Shown: positions 17,338 to 25,702, counted from the stretch's first letter. The stretch is 26,388 bases of DNA from a virus (IMGVR_UViG_3300016476_000485:1-26388); one strand, 5' to 3'. Notes: a model not told the origin generated them from the sequence alone. Numbers and translations are program-made.

Positions 17338-17794
17338 CACTACTCGTTAACTCTTTATATTTAACTGGGTAGTCTGTACAAATTCCAAAGGCAAAATCTA
17401 GGTTAGGGCTTTCCTTTTGTTCTGGCAATACCGCAATTGATTTACTAGACATACTTTCTCCTGGGTATGTCCATATAAAACCTTTAGATGTTAGGGTAAA
17501 CTTATCGCTTTCGTGCCAAAAATAATTTGCATTAGGAAATTCATTCTGGAATCTTGTAAGTGCTTCTAGATTTTTGCAATGAAACCACGAAAGGTGCATT
17601 ATTTCTTCAAAAAATTGTTTGCTAAAACTAAAGGTAGGCCTGTCATGTCCTAATGCAAACCTGCCATCATTAGACCAAATGTCTATCTCAACATCAAATC
17701 CCATGTCTAAAGCAGTTTCGATAGCGGATGGACTATTTTCTTTTGCAGAGTTTGGTCCATATAAATTAGCACGATGTGCAATAATCTTTGTCAT
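17324..17794 (-). CDS. glycerophosphodiester phosphodiesterase-like protein
   Basis: IAHRAN..ENS..I..A...GFDVEIDIW..LGHD, HCKN, YFWH, ICTD. Confidence 0.8.
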   Translation of the reverse strand: MTKIIAHRANLYGPNSAKENSPSAIETALDMGFDVEIDIWSNDGRFALGHDRPTFSFSKQFFEEIMHLSWFHCKNLEALTRFQNEFPNANYFWHESDKFTLTSKGFIWTYPGESMSSKSIAVLPEQKESPNLDFAFGICTDYPVKYKELTSSVIPK

Positions 17795-18861
17795 TTATTA
17801 ATGATCTCCTTTGTTTTCTTTATTATATTTTCCATTGAAAAAATACCATTCTTAGAATCTACAACGGTATTAAAATCACATTGCATTACTGGCACCTCAT
17901 AGCATCTAGTACTAATCATATACCCTATTTGATCATACCAAAAGTGATACTTTGCATTAGGGTTGATGATAGTTATATGGCAATCGTTACTTGCAAAGAT
18001 CATGTTTGCCAACCCAGTTCCTTTTACTGATGCTATGTGTGACGCATTATTAAATAACGATATCTGATCAATAAAAGAATAGTCTGCGGGGTTAACAATT
18101 GTATATCCCTGTTCTTCAAAAAAAGATTCCATTTGCTCTACGTCTTCTTCTTCTTGAATTCTGAAAATTACATTATCTTCAATAGAATTAAAGCCACCGA
18201 ACTTAGCAATTGACTTTCTAAATTCATTTCGTTCTTCTGTAGATAGGGTATCCAGTTGTTCTTTATGCCACAAGTGCCTAATTCTTATTAGCCCAGAGTT
18301 TTCCTTTTTCCTTGTAATAAAAATTTTTCCAACCTCTGATTTTTTTATGAAAGGCAAAAACTTTTCTCGTAGCACTTTGACTAATTCAAGATTATAGTAT
18401 GAAAAATCATCGCCATCAGTCCAATATAGAATATTGTTTCCATCTAATTTATTAATGAAATTATTAAAAATATTATTAAAGTAATAAACATTTTCAAACA
18501 TAACGTTATTACTTTCTTTTAAACATATTATATCATCACTACTTATCCCATAAATACCTGCAAGATCTCTAATGTAAGTCCCATGAGATGTTTCAAAGTG
18601 ATACTTTATATTATGAGAATAGTCTGATACAAAATATAAGTTTAAGTCTGGTATTATTTTTTTTAAAAATTCAAACTGTCCTATGCAATCTACAATAAAG
18701 TGAAAATACTGGTTACTAGTTATGTCAATAATGAAAGAGTTTCCCTCAAGCACATTATAACTTTCTGCAGAGTTATTAAAACTTAGGTTAGTTACATGTT
18801 TACCACTTCTAGTAATATTTGGTAAAGAAATGTCCTCTATCTTATCATAATAGATTTTCAT
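17791..18861 (-). CDS. glycosyltransferase family 61 (DUF563-like)
   Basis: QYFHFIVD, KIFITRK, SFIDQISLFNNA.HI..VKGTGLANMIF. Confidence 0.8.
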   Translation of the reverse strand: MKIYYDKIEDISLPNITRSGKHVTNLSFNNSAESYNVLEGNSFIIDITSNQYFHFIVDCIGQFEFLKKIIPDLNLYFVSDYSHNIKYHFETSHGTYIRDLAGIYGISSDDIICLKESNNVMFENVYYFNNIFNNFINKLDGNNILYWTDGDDFSYYNLELVKVLREKFLPFIKKSEVGKIFITRKKENSGLIRIRHLWHKEQLDTLSTEERNEFRKSIAKFGGFNSIEDNVIFRIQEEEDVEQMESFFEEQGYTIVNPADYSFIDQISLFNNASHIASVKGTGLANMIFASNDCHITIINPNAKYHFWYDQIGYMISTRCYEVPVMQCDFNTVVDSKNGIFSMENIIKKTKEIINK

Positions 18862-19190
18862 TTTACTCTTTGAAGATTTATCTTATCGTTAGTAACTCCA
18901 GGAGTCTTTACGCATACAATTTCGCAGTCTTCTAAAAACTCTGGATCTGCCACTTCAAATGGTTCTAAAATAAAAATTGTGCCAGGGGTTAATATCTGCC
19001 CATGGATTTTCATTTTGCCACGGACCAAAAGGTTGACCTCTGTGACAAATTCATGATAGTGATATCCCCAATCTTCTCCCTTTGGGTGTACTTTATAAGA
19101 AACTTCAAACTGTTCTTCTCTATAGGCAGCCTTTTCAAAGTTACCTACAAACCAACCACCTATAGTGTCTTCTATTCTAGATGTTTTCAT
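18858..19190 (-). CDS. cupin-fold protein of polysaccharide clusters
   Basis: GWFVGNF, HYH...EVNL..RGKM, FLED..IVCVKTP...DK. Confidence 0.8.
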   Translation of the reverse strand: MKTSRIEDTIGGWFVGNFEKAAYREEQFEVSYKVHPKGEDWGYHYHEFVTEVNLLVRGKMKIHGQILTPGTIFILEPFEVADPEFLEDCEIVCVKTPGVTNDKINLQRVK

Positions 19191-20287
19191 AATCCAATAT
19201 TATACCATTCCGTTGAGTTAAATCCCTGATCTGTTAGTACATTGACGGCAATTGCACGATCATCGTCTGTACTTCTGTACTTATCATTTATTACAATGCG
19301 CTTTCCACTTGTTACTCCCATGATTAAATAGTCAAATGGAATTCCCATCAGGCTTAGTTGTTGCTCAGTAATTAGTCTTGCAGACTCTTTGCGTGCAGTT
19401 ACTAATATAATCTTATGTCCTCTAGAATCCCACTCATTAAACTTATCAACAACGCCAGGCAGTGATTCGGTAGTGTCTAGGGAGATGCTGCTAAACTTAT
19501 GTGCGTGTTTTAAAATAGTACCATCAATGTCACAAAAAATAGTTTTAGGCTTATCAGAATAAAACTCATTCTTCTGCCCCAAATATGTCTTTACATCGTC
19601 AGGGGTACCCAAAGAAATGTATCCATGCTCTGGCATATCAAACGTAATTACCTTATAGTTATCGTCAATAAGGTATTGGTAGGTAGATGATACGTAGCAC
19701 TCAGCCATTCCCTTTTGTCTGTATTCTGACAACAAAAGTTTGGCAGATCTAACAAAAAGTTTCCCATGCTTCCAATAGTGCACTCCAATTAAAGCAGTAT
19801 TGCTGATTACTTGCTTTTCTTTTATAGTAGTCACTAAACCATTTTTTACTATTGCAAAACTATTTTTTGGATTATCTGATTCAAATGTAACAATTGCTCC
19901 ATCGGCATTTGAGTTTCTTGCTTTAGACAAAAAGGCATTGCTATCCCAAAAGAGTAACTGGTCGCAGTTAGTTATGATTAATTCTTCGTCATTATCTATG
20001 TAGTCTTTAGCATATAATGCTGCATCTGCAGCACCATCCTGGTCGTGATCCAACATAATCTCTATAGAGTTGGGTCTTAAAGTTTTTAGTATTTGTGACA
20101 GTTCTTTGTTGTACTCTTCGTTATCATATTTGCGGGTAATGAAGATGTAGTCTCCGTCAATACCTAATGAGTTAACAGAATGCTCTATAAGAGTTATACC
20201 GTCAACATGGATCAGTGGTTTAGGTCTATCTATTCCAACATTCTTAAATCGTGAACCTAGACCAGCCATAGGTATGATTATTTTCAT
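19187..20287 (-). CDS. sugar nucleotidyltransferase (BcbE-like) fused to HAD phosphatase (BcbF-like)
   Basis: IPMAGLGSRF..PKPLI, NCDQ, EK..IS, LGTP; C-terminal CDIDGT, TAR, IND. Confidence 0.85.
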   Translation of the reverse strand: MKIIIPMAGLGSRFKNVGIDRPKPLIHVDGITLIEHSVNSLGIDGDYIFITRKYDNEEYNKELSQILKTLRPNSIEIMLDHDQDGAADAALYAKDYIDNDEELIITNCDQLLFWDSNAFLSKARNSNADGAIVTFESDNPKNSFAIVKNGLVTTIKEKQVISNTALIGVHYWKHGKLFVRSAKLLLSEYRQKGMAECYVSSTYQYLIDDNYKVITFDMPEHGYISLGTPDDVKTYLGQKNEFYSDKPKTIFCDIDGTILKHAHKFSSISLDTTESLPGVVDKFNEWDSRGHKIILVTARKESARLITEQQLSLMGIPFDYLIMGVTSGKRIVINDKYRSTDDDRAIAVNVLTDQGFNSTEWYNIGL

Positions 20288-20312
20288 TATTACTCCGTAT
20301 CTTTCAACTTGT

Positions 20313-20318
20313 ATTATA
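20313..20318 (-). promoter_or_regulatory. -10 box for the sugar operon
   Basis: GGGTATAAT on - strand upstream of GGAG RBS and ATG 20287. Confidence 0.5.
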
Positions 20319-20360
20319 CCCTTAATTTAGTATAATATAGTTTTATAGATATACTAACTG

Positions 20361-20433
20361 TGCCCTCAGTAGGATTCGAACCTACGGCTTACTGCTTAGA
20401 AGGCAGTCACTCTATCCACTGAGTTATGAGGGC
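20361..20433 (-). tRNA. tRNA-Arg(UCU)
   Basis: GCCCTCA/TGAGGGC acceptor; ACTGC-CTTCTAA-GCAGT; GTTCGAATC. Confidence 0.95.
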
Positions 20434-20437
20434 TTAG

Positions 20438-20510
20438 TGTCCGAAGTGGGATTCGAACCCACGCTTTGCAGATTTTAAGTCTGCTGCCTCTACCGCTGGG
20501 CTACTCGGAC
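20438..20510 (-). tRNA. tRNA-Leu(UAA), short variable arm
   Basis: GTCCGAG/TTCGGAC acceptor; GCAGA-CTTAAAA-TCTGC; GTTCGAATC. Confidence 0.93.
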
Positions 20511-20517
20511 GGTAATG

Positions 20518-20895
20518 TTATGTATAAATAATTTTAGTAATACCAACCTCTACGATCTTATCATAACAACTATCACACGGCCTACTAAGACCAACAGACG
20601 TACCATTCTTGTTAAGTCTTGCTACATAAATCTTTGCACCATCAAGGTTAGATACCTTGCGAATTGCATCAATCTCTGCATGAATATGAGACTCGCTCTT
20701 AACCTCTTCCTTGCTACTCAAAACATCTGGATGATTTCTTACCTTGTTGATTCCAGTTGACAAAATGCGTCCACCCTTTACAACAACAGCACCATGGCGA
20801 TATCTTCCAGCATTAGAAGATCTTGCAAGGTTGATTGCAATGGTCAAGAATCGCTCATCCTTACGTGACAACTTATCTATTAATTCCTTTGGCAT
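20518..20895 (-). CDS. Zn-dependent cytidine/dCMP-deaminase-family protein
   Basis: HGAVVV..GRILSTG.N, HAE, RPCDSC; start at MPKE (AAAGGA RBS) avoids overlap with the tRNA. Confidence 0.85.
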   Translation of the reverse strand: MPKELIDKLSRKDERFLTIAINLARSSNAGRYRHGAVVVKGGRILSTGINKVRNHPDVLSSKEEVKSESHIHAEIDAIRKVSNLDGAKIYVARLNKNGTSVGLSRPCDSCYDKIVEVGITKIIYT

Positions 20896-20919
20896 CTTTC
20901 TTTTTCCTTTGTTCGTGAG

Positions 20920-20993
20920 TCCGCCAGGTTGGACTTGAACCAACGACAACCACCTTATAAGAGTGACGCTCTAACCATCTGAACTACTGGCGG
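20920..20993 (-). tRNA. tRNA-Ile(UAU)
   Basis: CCGCCAG/CTGGCGG acceptor plus A73; TCACT-CTTATAA-GGTGG; GTTCAAGTC. Confidence 0.9.
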
Positions 20994-21014
20994 GGGTTAT
21001 TCTGTTGTATAACT

Positions 21015-21043
21015 AGTATAGACGATATTCGGCGGTATGTCAA
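21015..21043 (-). promoter_or_regulatory. sigma70/SigA promoter for the tRNA-Ile/deaminase/tRNA unit
   Basis: TTGACA-17 nt-TATACT on - strand. Confidence 0.75.
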
Positions 21044-21810
21044 GTGCTATAGATCACAGCAAAGCCATCGCTATAAATGGGCTTTAAACCATACATAATC
21101 ATAAGATGATGTCCAGAGAAAGCATAGTTATAGATTACTAATGACTTATTCTTTTTAATAATATCAATATTGTTTTCTAAAAATATGTTTAGTATTTTAT
21201 TTGAAAACGGATTGAACAAAAACACATGCATATTCTTATCTTCTAATGTGTATGTCTCTGCAGATTCGTTTATAATCTCTGCGTTAACATTACGTAATGC
21301 CATTTCGCATAATTCTTTTTGTACTTCAACCCCCATGGCATACTTATATCCAGACTCTAGGCCAACCTTAAGTACATTGCCAACTCCACAACCAATATCT
21401 ATAATGGTATCGCTATCGCTATGACTCTTTGCAATTTCAAATAGTTTCTTAATATCTTCTGGTACAGAACTTTGATATGCGAACCAATCCTTATTGTCTG
21501 GTATATGTGTTCGCTTTCTGATCTCTGGCAATTTTTCTGGGTATATAGTAATAATGTCTTGTAGTGTAAAGATAAAGTTAAATTTATCTAACTCATGTAG
21601 GACACAGCCAGTATTCGTAATCCATCCTTGCTCAATTCCATGCTCCATCCATGCCCAAGAATCATCCATAGACTCAAACATAGGGTCATACATGTCTACC
21701 TTATCCATAATTGGGGATTCGATATAGCCACCAATGACGCACTCTTTAACAATAGATGGTTTAATTATTTGTTTGGCTATGCCAAAACCAATCCACTCGG
21801 ATCTTTTCAT
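21040..21810 (-). CDS. class I SAM-dependent methyltransferase with N-terminal extension
   Basis: IIDIGCGVGNVL, GVEV, FLFNPF; N-terminal W..HGI..GW...C..H module. Confidence 0.8.
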   Translation of the reverse strand: MKRSEWIGFGIAKQIIKPSIVKECVIGGYIESPIMDKVDMYDPMFESMDDSWAWMEHGIEQGWITNTGCVLHELDKFNFIFTLQDIITIYPEKLPEIRKRTHIPDNKDWFAYQSSVPEDIKKLFEIAKSHSDSDTIIDIGCGVGNVLKVGLESGYKYAMGVEVQKELCEMALRNVNAEIINESAETYTLEDKNMHVFLFNPFSNKILNIFLENNIDIIKKNKSLVIYNYAFSGHHLMIMYGLKPIYSDGFAVIYST

Positions 21811-21947
21811 GAAGGCTCAGAATAGTGGGCTACGTGTACTTTGCATACACCAGTTACAGTGTACGCACCATTGTCATCAACTAGGTCATTATATTCTGCG
21901 GGTCTGTCGCAGTAAAAACATTTCTCTGGTTCTCTTTTTCTAAGCAT
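21807..21947 (-). CDS. small Zn-finger-like protein (46 aa)
   Basis: MLRKREPEKCFYCDRPAEY...VCKVH; ATGA coupling; TGaTATAAT 6 nt upstream; not in track. Confidence 0.7.
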   Translation of the reverse strand: MLRKREPEKCFYCDRPAEYNDLVDDNGAYTVTGVCKVHVAHYSEPS

Positions 21948-21969
21948 ATTCTGATTATATCACATTTCG

Positions 21970-22506
21970 TTATCCGTGCCACTCATCAAATGAGATGCCA
22001 CACCTACCACAAATTCCCTTTGCTTTGTTTTCTGGGGTCACAAACATATGATCGCAATACTGTTTTGGATTTGAATATTCCTTAACGCTATCAATACAAG
22101 TCATTATGGCCTTGGCCCACTTCCTTGCCCCTGGATACTCCATATTAGATGTAACGCCACGACCAGCATGCTTGTACCAATTAATAATTAAACCATTCTT
22201 CTTATATAAAAAGTTTGGAGGACAGCCCTTAGCATGTGGATGATCACTGTTTCCGCCTTCATCTATGTCCCAACCAGCATCACACCAGCAATAAGAACGC
22301 ATCTCAAAAACATTGTTAATATAATCAGGCTCACCAGAGTTAGAGGTTAAAAGATTTCCATATCCGTACTGATCGTAGGAATAGCCACGGAATTCAGCAA
22401 TAACTTCTGCTATCAAAGATAGCCCATCAGTAGCCCAATAAGCGTCGTACTCTTGGTATGGAGTATTGCTAAGTAATAACTGTCCTAGTTCAAGATTCGG
22501 GGCCAT
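21970..22506 (-). CDS. hypothetical phage protein
   Basis: 178 aa; FEMRSYCWC, PNF..K..GL.I.WYK..GRG; C-terminal CDH..CGRC. Confidence 0.75.
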   Translation of the reverse strand: MAPNLELGQLLLSNTPYQEYDAYWATDGLSLIAEVIAEFRGYSYDQYGYGNLLTSNSGEPDYINNVFEMRSYCWCDAGWDIDEGGNSDHPHAKGCPPNFLYKKNGLIINWYKHAGRGVTSNMEYPGARKWAKAIMTCIDSVKEYSNPKQYCDHMFVTPENKAKGICGRCGISFDEWHG

Positions 22507-22675
22507 ATAGTACCCTCTTAGCCTCTTCTAAATCATCAATATTAATATTCATAGTAATAACGTATGCGTTTTCGCCACGGTATCCAAGTATCCAAGCAAC
22601 ACCATTTAGTATCTTAGACTTCCAAGAAGGCATATGAAGCACTTGCATAGTTACTGGTTCTCCATTGGTACCCAT
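22490..22675 (-). CDS. hypothetical protein
   Basis: 61 aa overlapping both neighbours in the operon. Confidence 0.55.
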   Translation of the reverse strand: MGTNGEPVTMQVLHMPSWKSKILNGVAWILGYRGENAYVITMNINIDDLEEAKRVLYGPES

Positions 22676-23160
22676 AGTTTCTCATTTCCTTTATTGTAAT
22701 AACGTGCCATAACAAATAGCAGGTCTGATAGCCTGTTTAAATATACCACAATCAATGGGTTTATTTCTTGGTTTTCCATTACTGACCATACAGTAATTTC
22801 TGCCTGACGAACTACGGCTCTAGCAAAATGTAACGGACCAGTTGGTAGAACAAAAGAATGCAAAGGTTCAAGATAGGAATTCATGTCATCAATGACACTC
22901 TCAAGCCAATCTATTCGTCTTTGCTCAATCTTAACAGTGCTATAGCCAGCAAGGTCAGCACCAAGATCAAATAGGTCGCTTTGAATTCTATCTATAATAT
23001 CGCTACGATACTCTGTAGCCATACCTATTGCTGAGTTAGCCTCATCAACCTTACCTATGGCTTGTATCACAGGACTAGTTTTAGGGACACGCTTATTGTC
23101 AGCAACTGCGGTAGTACCTTTATCACCAGTCTTAGTATAGATTTTAGTTAGGTGAACCAT
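22651..23160 (-). CDS. pduO: ATP:cob(I)alamin adenosyltransferase, PduO type
   Basis: KIYTKTGDKGTT, G.VDEANS.IG, QSDLFDLGADLA, FVLP.G, RAVVRQAE, YLNRLSDLLFV.AR. Confidence 0.93.
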   Translation of the reverse strand: MVHLTKIYTKTGDKGTTAVADNKRVPKTSPVIQAIGKVDEANSAIGMATEYRSDIIDRIQSDLFDLGADLAGYSTVKIEQRRIDWLESVIDDMNSYLEPLHSFVLPTGPLHFARAVVRQAEITVWSVMENQEINPLIVVYLNRLSDLLFVMARYYNKGNEKLWVPMENQ

Positions 23161-23381
23161 TAATTTAAATCCTCAATTTTCTCAAATGATTGGAATGAAA
23201 GATATTTTCTTGCTGCTCTTTTTGCCATTCTCTTTCCACCCCAATATGTAAATGCATATCCGCCTCTTACTGAAGACCAATATCCTTCTTTTTTCTTGTC
23301 AGGCTGATGGTATTCTTCTACATCCCAAAAATATCCACTGTAATTACGTGATCTGTAAATACGAATTCTATATTGTGTCAT
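23160..23381 (-). CDS. hypothetical protein
   Basis: 73 aa; coupled at both ends. Confidence 0.7.
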   Translation of the reverse strand: MTQYRIRIYRSRNYSGYFWDVEEYHQPDKKKEGYWSSVRGGYAFTYWGGKRMAKRAARKYLSFQSFEKIEDLN

Positions 23382-23599
23382 GATAATTCCTTTTCAATAG
23401 CCTTAATAGTGGGGCAGGGATAAAGAACCACATCTAGTTGGCCTTGAAAAACAGCCCGACACTCTTGACAAAATGGCATTCTGTTTGAGTCAGGTTTATG
23501 CAATTCCACTACTGCACGAAGGGCTTCAGAGTTTCTATCTGAACTTTCAAGTGTTTGCTTATTGAACTGGACTGCTGCCAGCAATTCATCGTGGGTCAT
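23378..23599 (-). CDS. MTHxELLA-family small CxxC protein
   Basis: MTHDELLA..ALRAVVELHKP..CQEC..YPCPTIKAIEKELS. Confidence 0.8.
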   Translation of the reverse strand: MTHDELLAAVQFNKQTLESSDRNSEALRAVVELHKPDSNRMPFCQECRAVFQGQLDVVLYPCPTIKAIEKELS

Positions 23600-24045
23600 A
23601 GCAAATCCTTATCATTTTCATATAAACCATTTTCTTCATTAAACTTAATTAATTCAGTTAATGCTTGATCACGCCTATTTCGCTCTTCCATCTTTTTTGT
23701 CCAGCAATCAGAGCAAGAGGTTTTTGCCCAACCAGTCTCTGTTTGCAATTTACCCAAACTATTACCGCAATATTCGCAGGTATATGAAGAAGCGTATTCT
23801 GCAGCACGAACACAATCATACATAATATCTCTAATTAAACCATCTTCTTTAGTATCAAAATAAAATCTAAGTGTGCCAAACTTTTCTTTTACTTGAGCAA
23901 TACTATAGTCAGGATCAAGATAAGATAGTTTAATATCTAACTTATCTAAAATGTCATACCAACCTTCATTGCATGAAATATATCTACCCCAGCCTTTAGG
24001 TATGCGACTGATTAATCTTTGTTCAATTTCGTTTATTTGCGTCAT
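23596..24045 (-). CDS. conserved phage protein (QVKEKFGxLRFY, CxxC)
   Basis: GWY.IL, QVKEKFGTLRFY, CEYCG, GW.KTSC..C; start uncertain (24045/24060/24072). Confidence 0.7.
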   Translation of the reverse strand: MTQINEIEQRLISRIPKGWGRYISCNEGWYDILDKLDIKLSYLDPDYSIAQVKEKFGTLRFYFDTKEDGLIRDIMYDCVRAAEYASSYTCEYCGNSLGKLQTETGWAKTSCSDCWTKKMEERNRRDQALTELIKFNEENGLYENDKDLL

Positions 24046-24262
24046 CTTTTGTCCACTCATACCTTCTATCATACAGGCAATCAAGGAGTTCGTCAAGTAC
24101 CCCGCCCATAGTTGGGGCGGTAACTTCACAATGTAGTTCACCATCTGAGGAATGAATCATACCTTCCCAATGAGTAAACTCTCTATCAAAGTTAACCTTA
24201 GTAACCTCAATAGTGTAACTATCTGAATAGTCTAATTGATGCTCTGGCCATTCAATTGTCAT
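24023..24262 (-). CDS. hypothetical protein
   Basis: 79 aa; ATGA coupling with the upstream EKELS junction. Confidence 0.65.
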   Translation of the reverse strand: MTIEWPEHQLDYSDSYTIEVTKVNFDREFTHWEGMIHSSDGELHCEVTAPTMGGVLDELLDCLYDRRYEWTKDDANKRN

Positions 24263-24486
24263 GATAATTCCTTTTCTATATCAGTTATCGTATTGCATGG
24301 ATATTTTTTCTTACATTCGGCACATTGAATTTCTGAGATAACATCCCCAAGATGAAATTCAAAAGGATAATGACGTTTAATTACTGCACGAATTGACCTC
24401 AACATTCCGTTTAATTCGCTGTTTTTATAAAAAGAACCCAGTGGGAACTTCTCCAACAATTCATTATGAGTTATAGCAGCATCCAT
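24259..24486 (-). CDS. diverged MTHxELLA-family protein
   Basis: ITHNELL..IRAVIKRH.P..CAEC..YPCNTITDIEKELS; family ATG appears as ATA, nearest ATG 24486. Confidence 0.65.
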   Translation of the reverse strand: MDAAITHNELLEKFPLGSFYKNSELNGMLRSIRAVIKRHYPFEFHLGDVISEIQCAECKKKYPCNTITDIEKELS

Positions 24487-24823
24487 CACAGCCATGTATC
24501 CTTTCAGATTCATCAGACATCTTAAAATCATCTGGGTCTGGATGTCCTATACCATGTGTACAGATACGCTCCATAATTCCTCTATCCCCTCGCCAATGCT
24601 GGGGGAATGAACGCATAGAATGATCACTACGATTATGAATAGTACAAGGAGTACCAGCACATTTTGATGCAGCATGCATTACACGGAAAAATAAATCAGT
24701 ATGCTCTAGAGTAATTATAGGTTCATCTTTAAGTTCTTCCCACGCCTCTTGTGAAATAGGCATCATGTCTGTCATACTTACACGCTTAAACTCTGATTTG
24801 GATGTAAACTCTCTACGATTCAT
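24464..24823 (-). CDS. hypothetical Cys/His-rich phage protein
   Basis: CTIHNRSDH.M..FPQHWR.DRGIMERICTHGIGHPDPD..HGCDGCC. Confidence 0.75.
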   Translation of the reverse strand: MNRREFTSKSEFKRVSMTDMMPISQEAWEELKDEPIITLEHTDLFFRVMHAASKCAGTPCTIHNRSDHSMRSFPQHWRGDRGIMERICTHGIGHPDPDDFKMSDESERIHGCDGCCYNS

Positions 24824-24978
24824 GACAACTCCATTTCATACCCGCAATATCGGCGGGAACAATAAATAAGTTTAATATATTCTGGACCAAGTGTCAATCT
24901 ACCATTTATTTCAACAAAATCACAATCGTATAAATGCTTAAGGCTATGTCCAAAGGTATAACAAATTAGATTAGTCAT
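24820..24978 (-). CDS. small hypothetical protein (52 aa, C..FGH...C motif)
   Basis: MTNLICYTFGH...CSRRYCGYEMELS; overlaps both neighbours; not in track. Confidence 0.6.
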   Translation of the reverse strand: MTNLICYTFGHSLKHLYDCDFVEINGRLTLGPEYIKLIYCSRRYCGYEMELS

Positions 24979-25198
24979 TTAATCCCGCCAATTCTTCTTT
25001 AACTGCTAATGCTTCTGCCATACATTTAAGTACCATTGCTTCTGCTGTTAGCCTAGATCTTTCAAGGTCTATCGGATCATAGGCAAGTTTGCCGTTGACT
25101 CTTACCTCCCAATACCAGCCAGAATCTGGATTACGATCATCTGGAGGACAATAAACAATCTTAGCACTATACTCTGTACTATAGTTATTTGTTCTCAT
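24971..25198 (-). CDS. hypothetical protein
   Basis: 75 aa; TAATG coupling. Confidence 0.7.
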   Translation of the reverse strand: MRTNNYSTEYSAKIVYCPPDDRNPDSGWYWEVRVNGKLAYDPIDLERSRLTAEAMVLKCMAEALAVKEELAGLND

Positions 25199-25281
25199 TA
25201 TGGCCTACACTCTCTACACCATATGCTATAAAATCCCCAAAATTTTAATCCACAGTCGGGGCATATTCGTTGATTACTCAC
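25198..25281 (-). CDS. tiny double-CxxC peptide (27 aa)
   Basis: MSNQRICPDCGLKFWGFYSIWCRECRP; GTGA and TAATG coupling; AAGGAG RBS; not in track. Confidence 0.6.
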   Translation of the reverse strand: MSNQRICPDCGLKFWGFYSIWCRECRP

Positions 25282-25460
25282 TTCAACTCCTTTTCAATAG
25301 CCAACTGAATTAGCCCTCTAATATGAAGCATTCCTTCTCTGTACCGCCTTAAATCATCGTCATTTCGGAGCGGATATTTATACAAGTCCAATGGTCGCCT
25401 TGAAACATTAGCGATTGCTTCATCTGTCCATTCAAGTAGTTCTTCAAGTTCTTCCATCAT
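25278..25460 (-). CDS. array cargo protein ending AIEKELK
   Basis: 60 aa; unrelated body, shared 3' box. Confidence 0.7.
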   Translation of the reverse strand: MMEELEELLEWTDEAIANVSRRPLDLYKYPLRNDDDLRRYREGMLHIRGLIQLAIEKELK

Positions 25461-25702
25461 TTCAACTCCTTCTCAATAGCCTGAATAACTTTATTCATAG
25501 CGGTTGCATAGCCCCATTGAAAACATTGTGCTGCGATTTCATTAGGACTTCTATTAGCAAAATTCATATTGAAACTATCAGGTTTAGAATTATCCTCTAT
25601 TGGCAATTCCACTACTGCACGAAGCGCAATAGCCAACCTATCTGCCACACTACAACTATCATTGAGATTATCAATCTTTGCTAGCAATTCTTCGTGTGTC
25701 AT
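25457..25702 (-). CDS. MTHEELLA-family protein (LPIEDN C-terminal module)
   Basis: MTHEELLA..ALRAVVELPIEDN..QAIEKELK. Confidence 0.8.
   Translation of the reverse strand: MTHEELLAKIDNLNDSCSVADRLAIALRAVVELPIEDNSKPDSFNMNFANRSPNEIAAQCFQWGYATAMNKVIQAIEKELK
25484..25624. repeat. 141-bp direct repeat, copy 1
   Basis: Matches 26054-26194 with a single mismatch (25586 A vs 26156 G). Confidence 0.92.

Noticed and set aside
20896-20949. Extended N-terminus of the deaminase (track start 20949)
   Set aside because: Overlaps tRNA-Ile(UAU); ATG 20895 has its own RBS.
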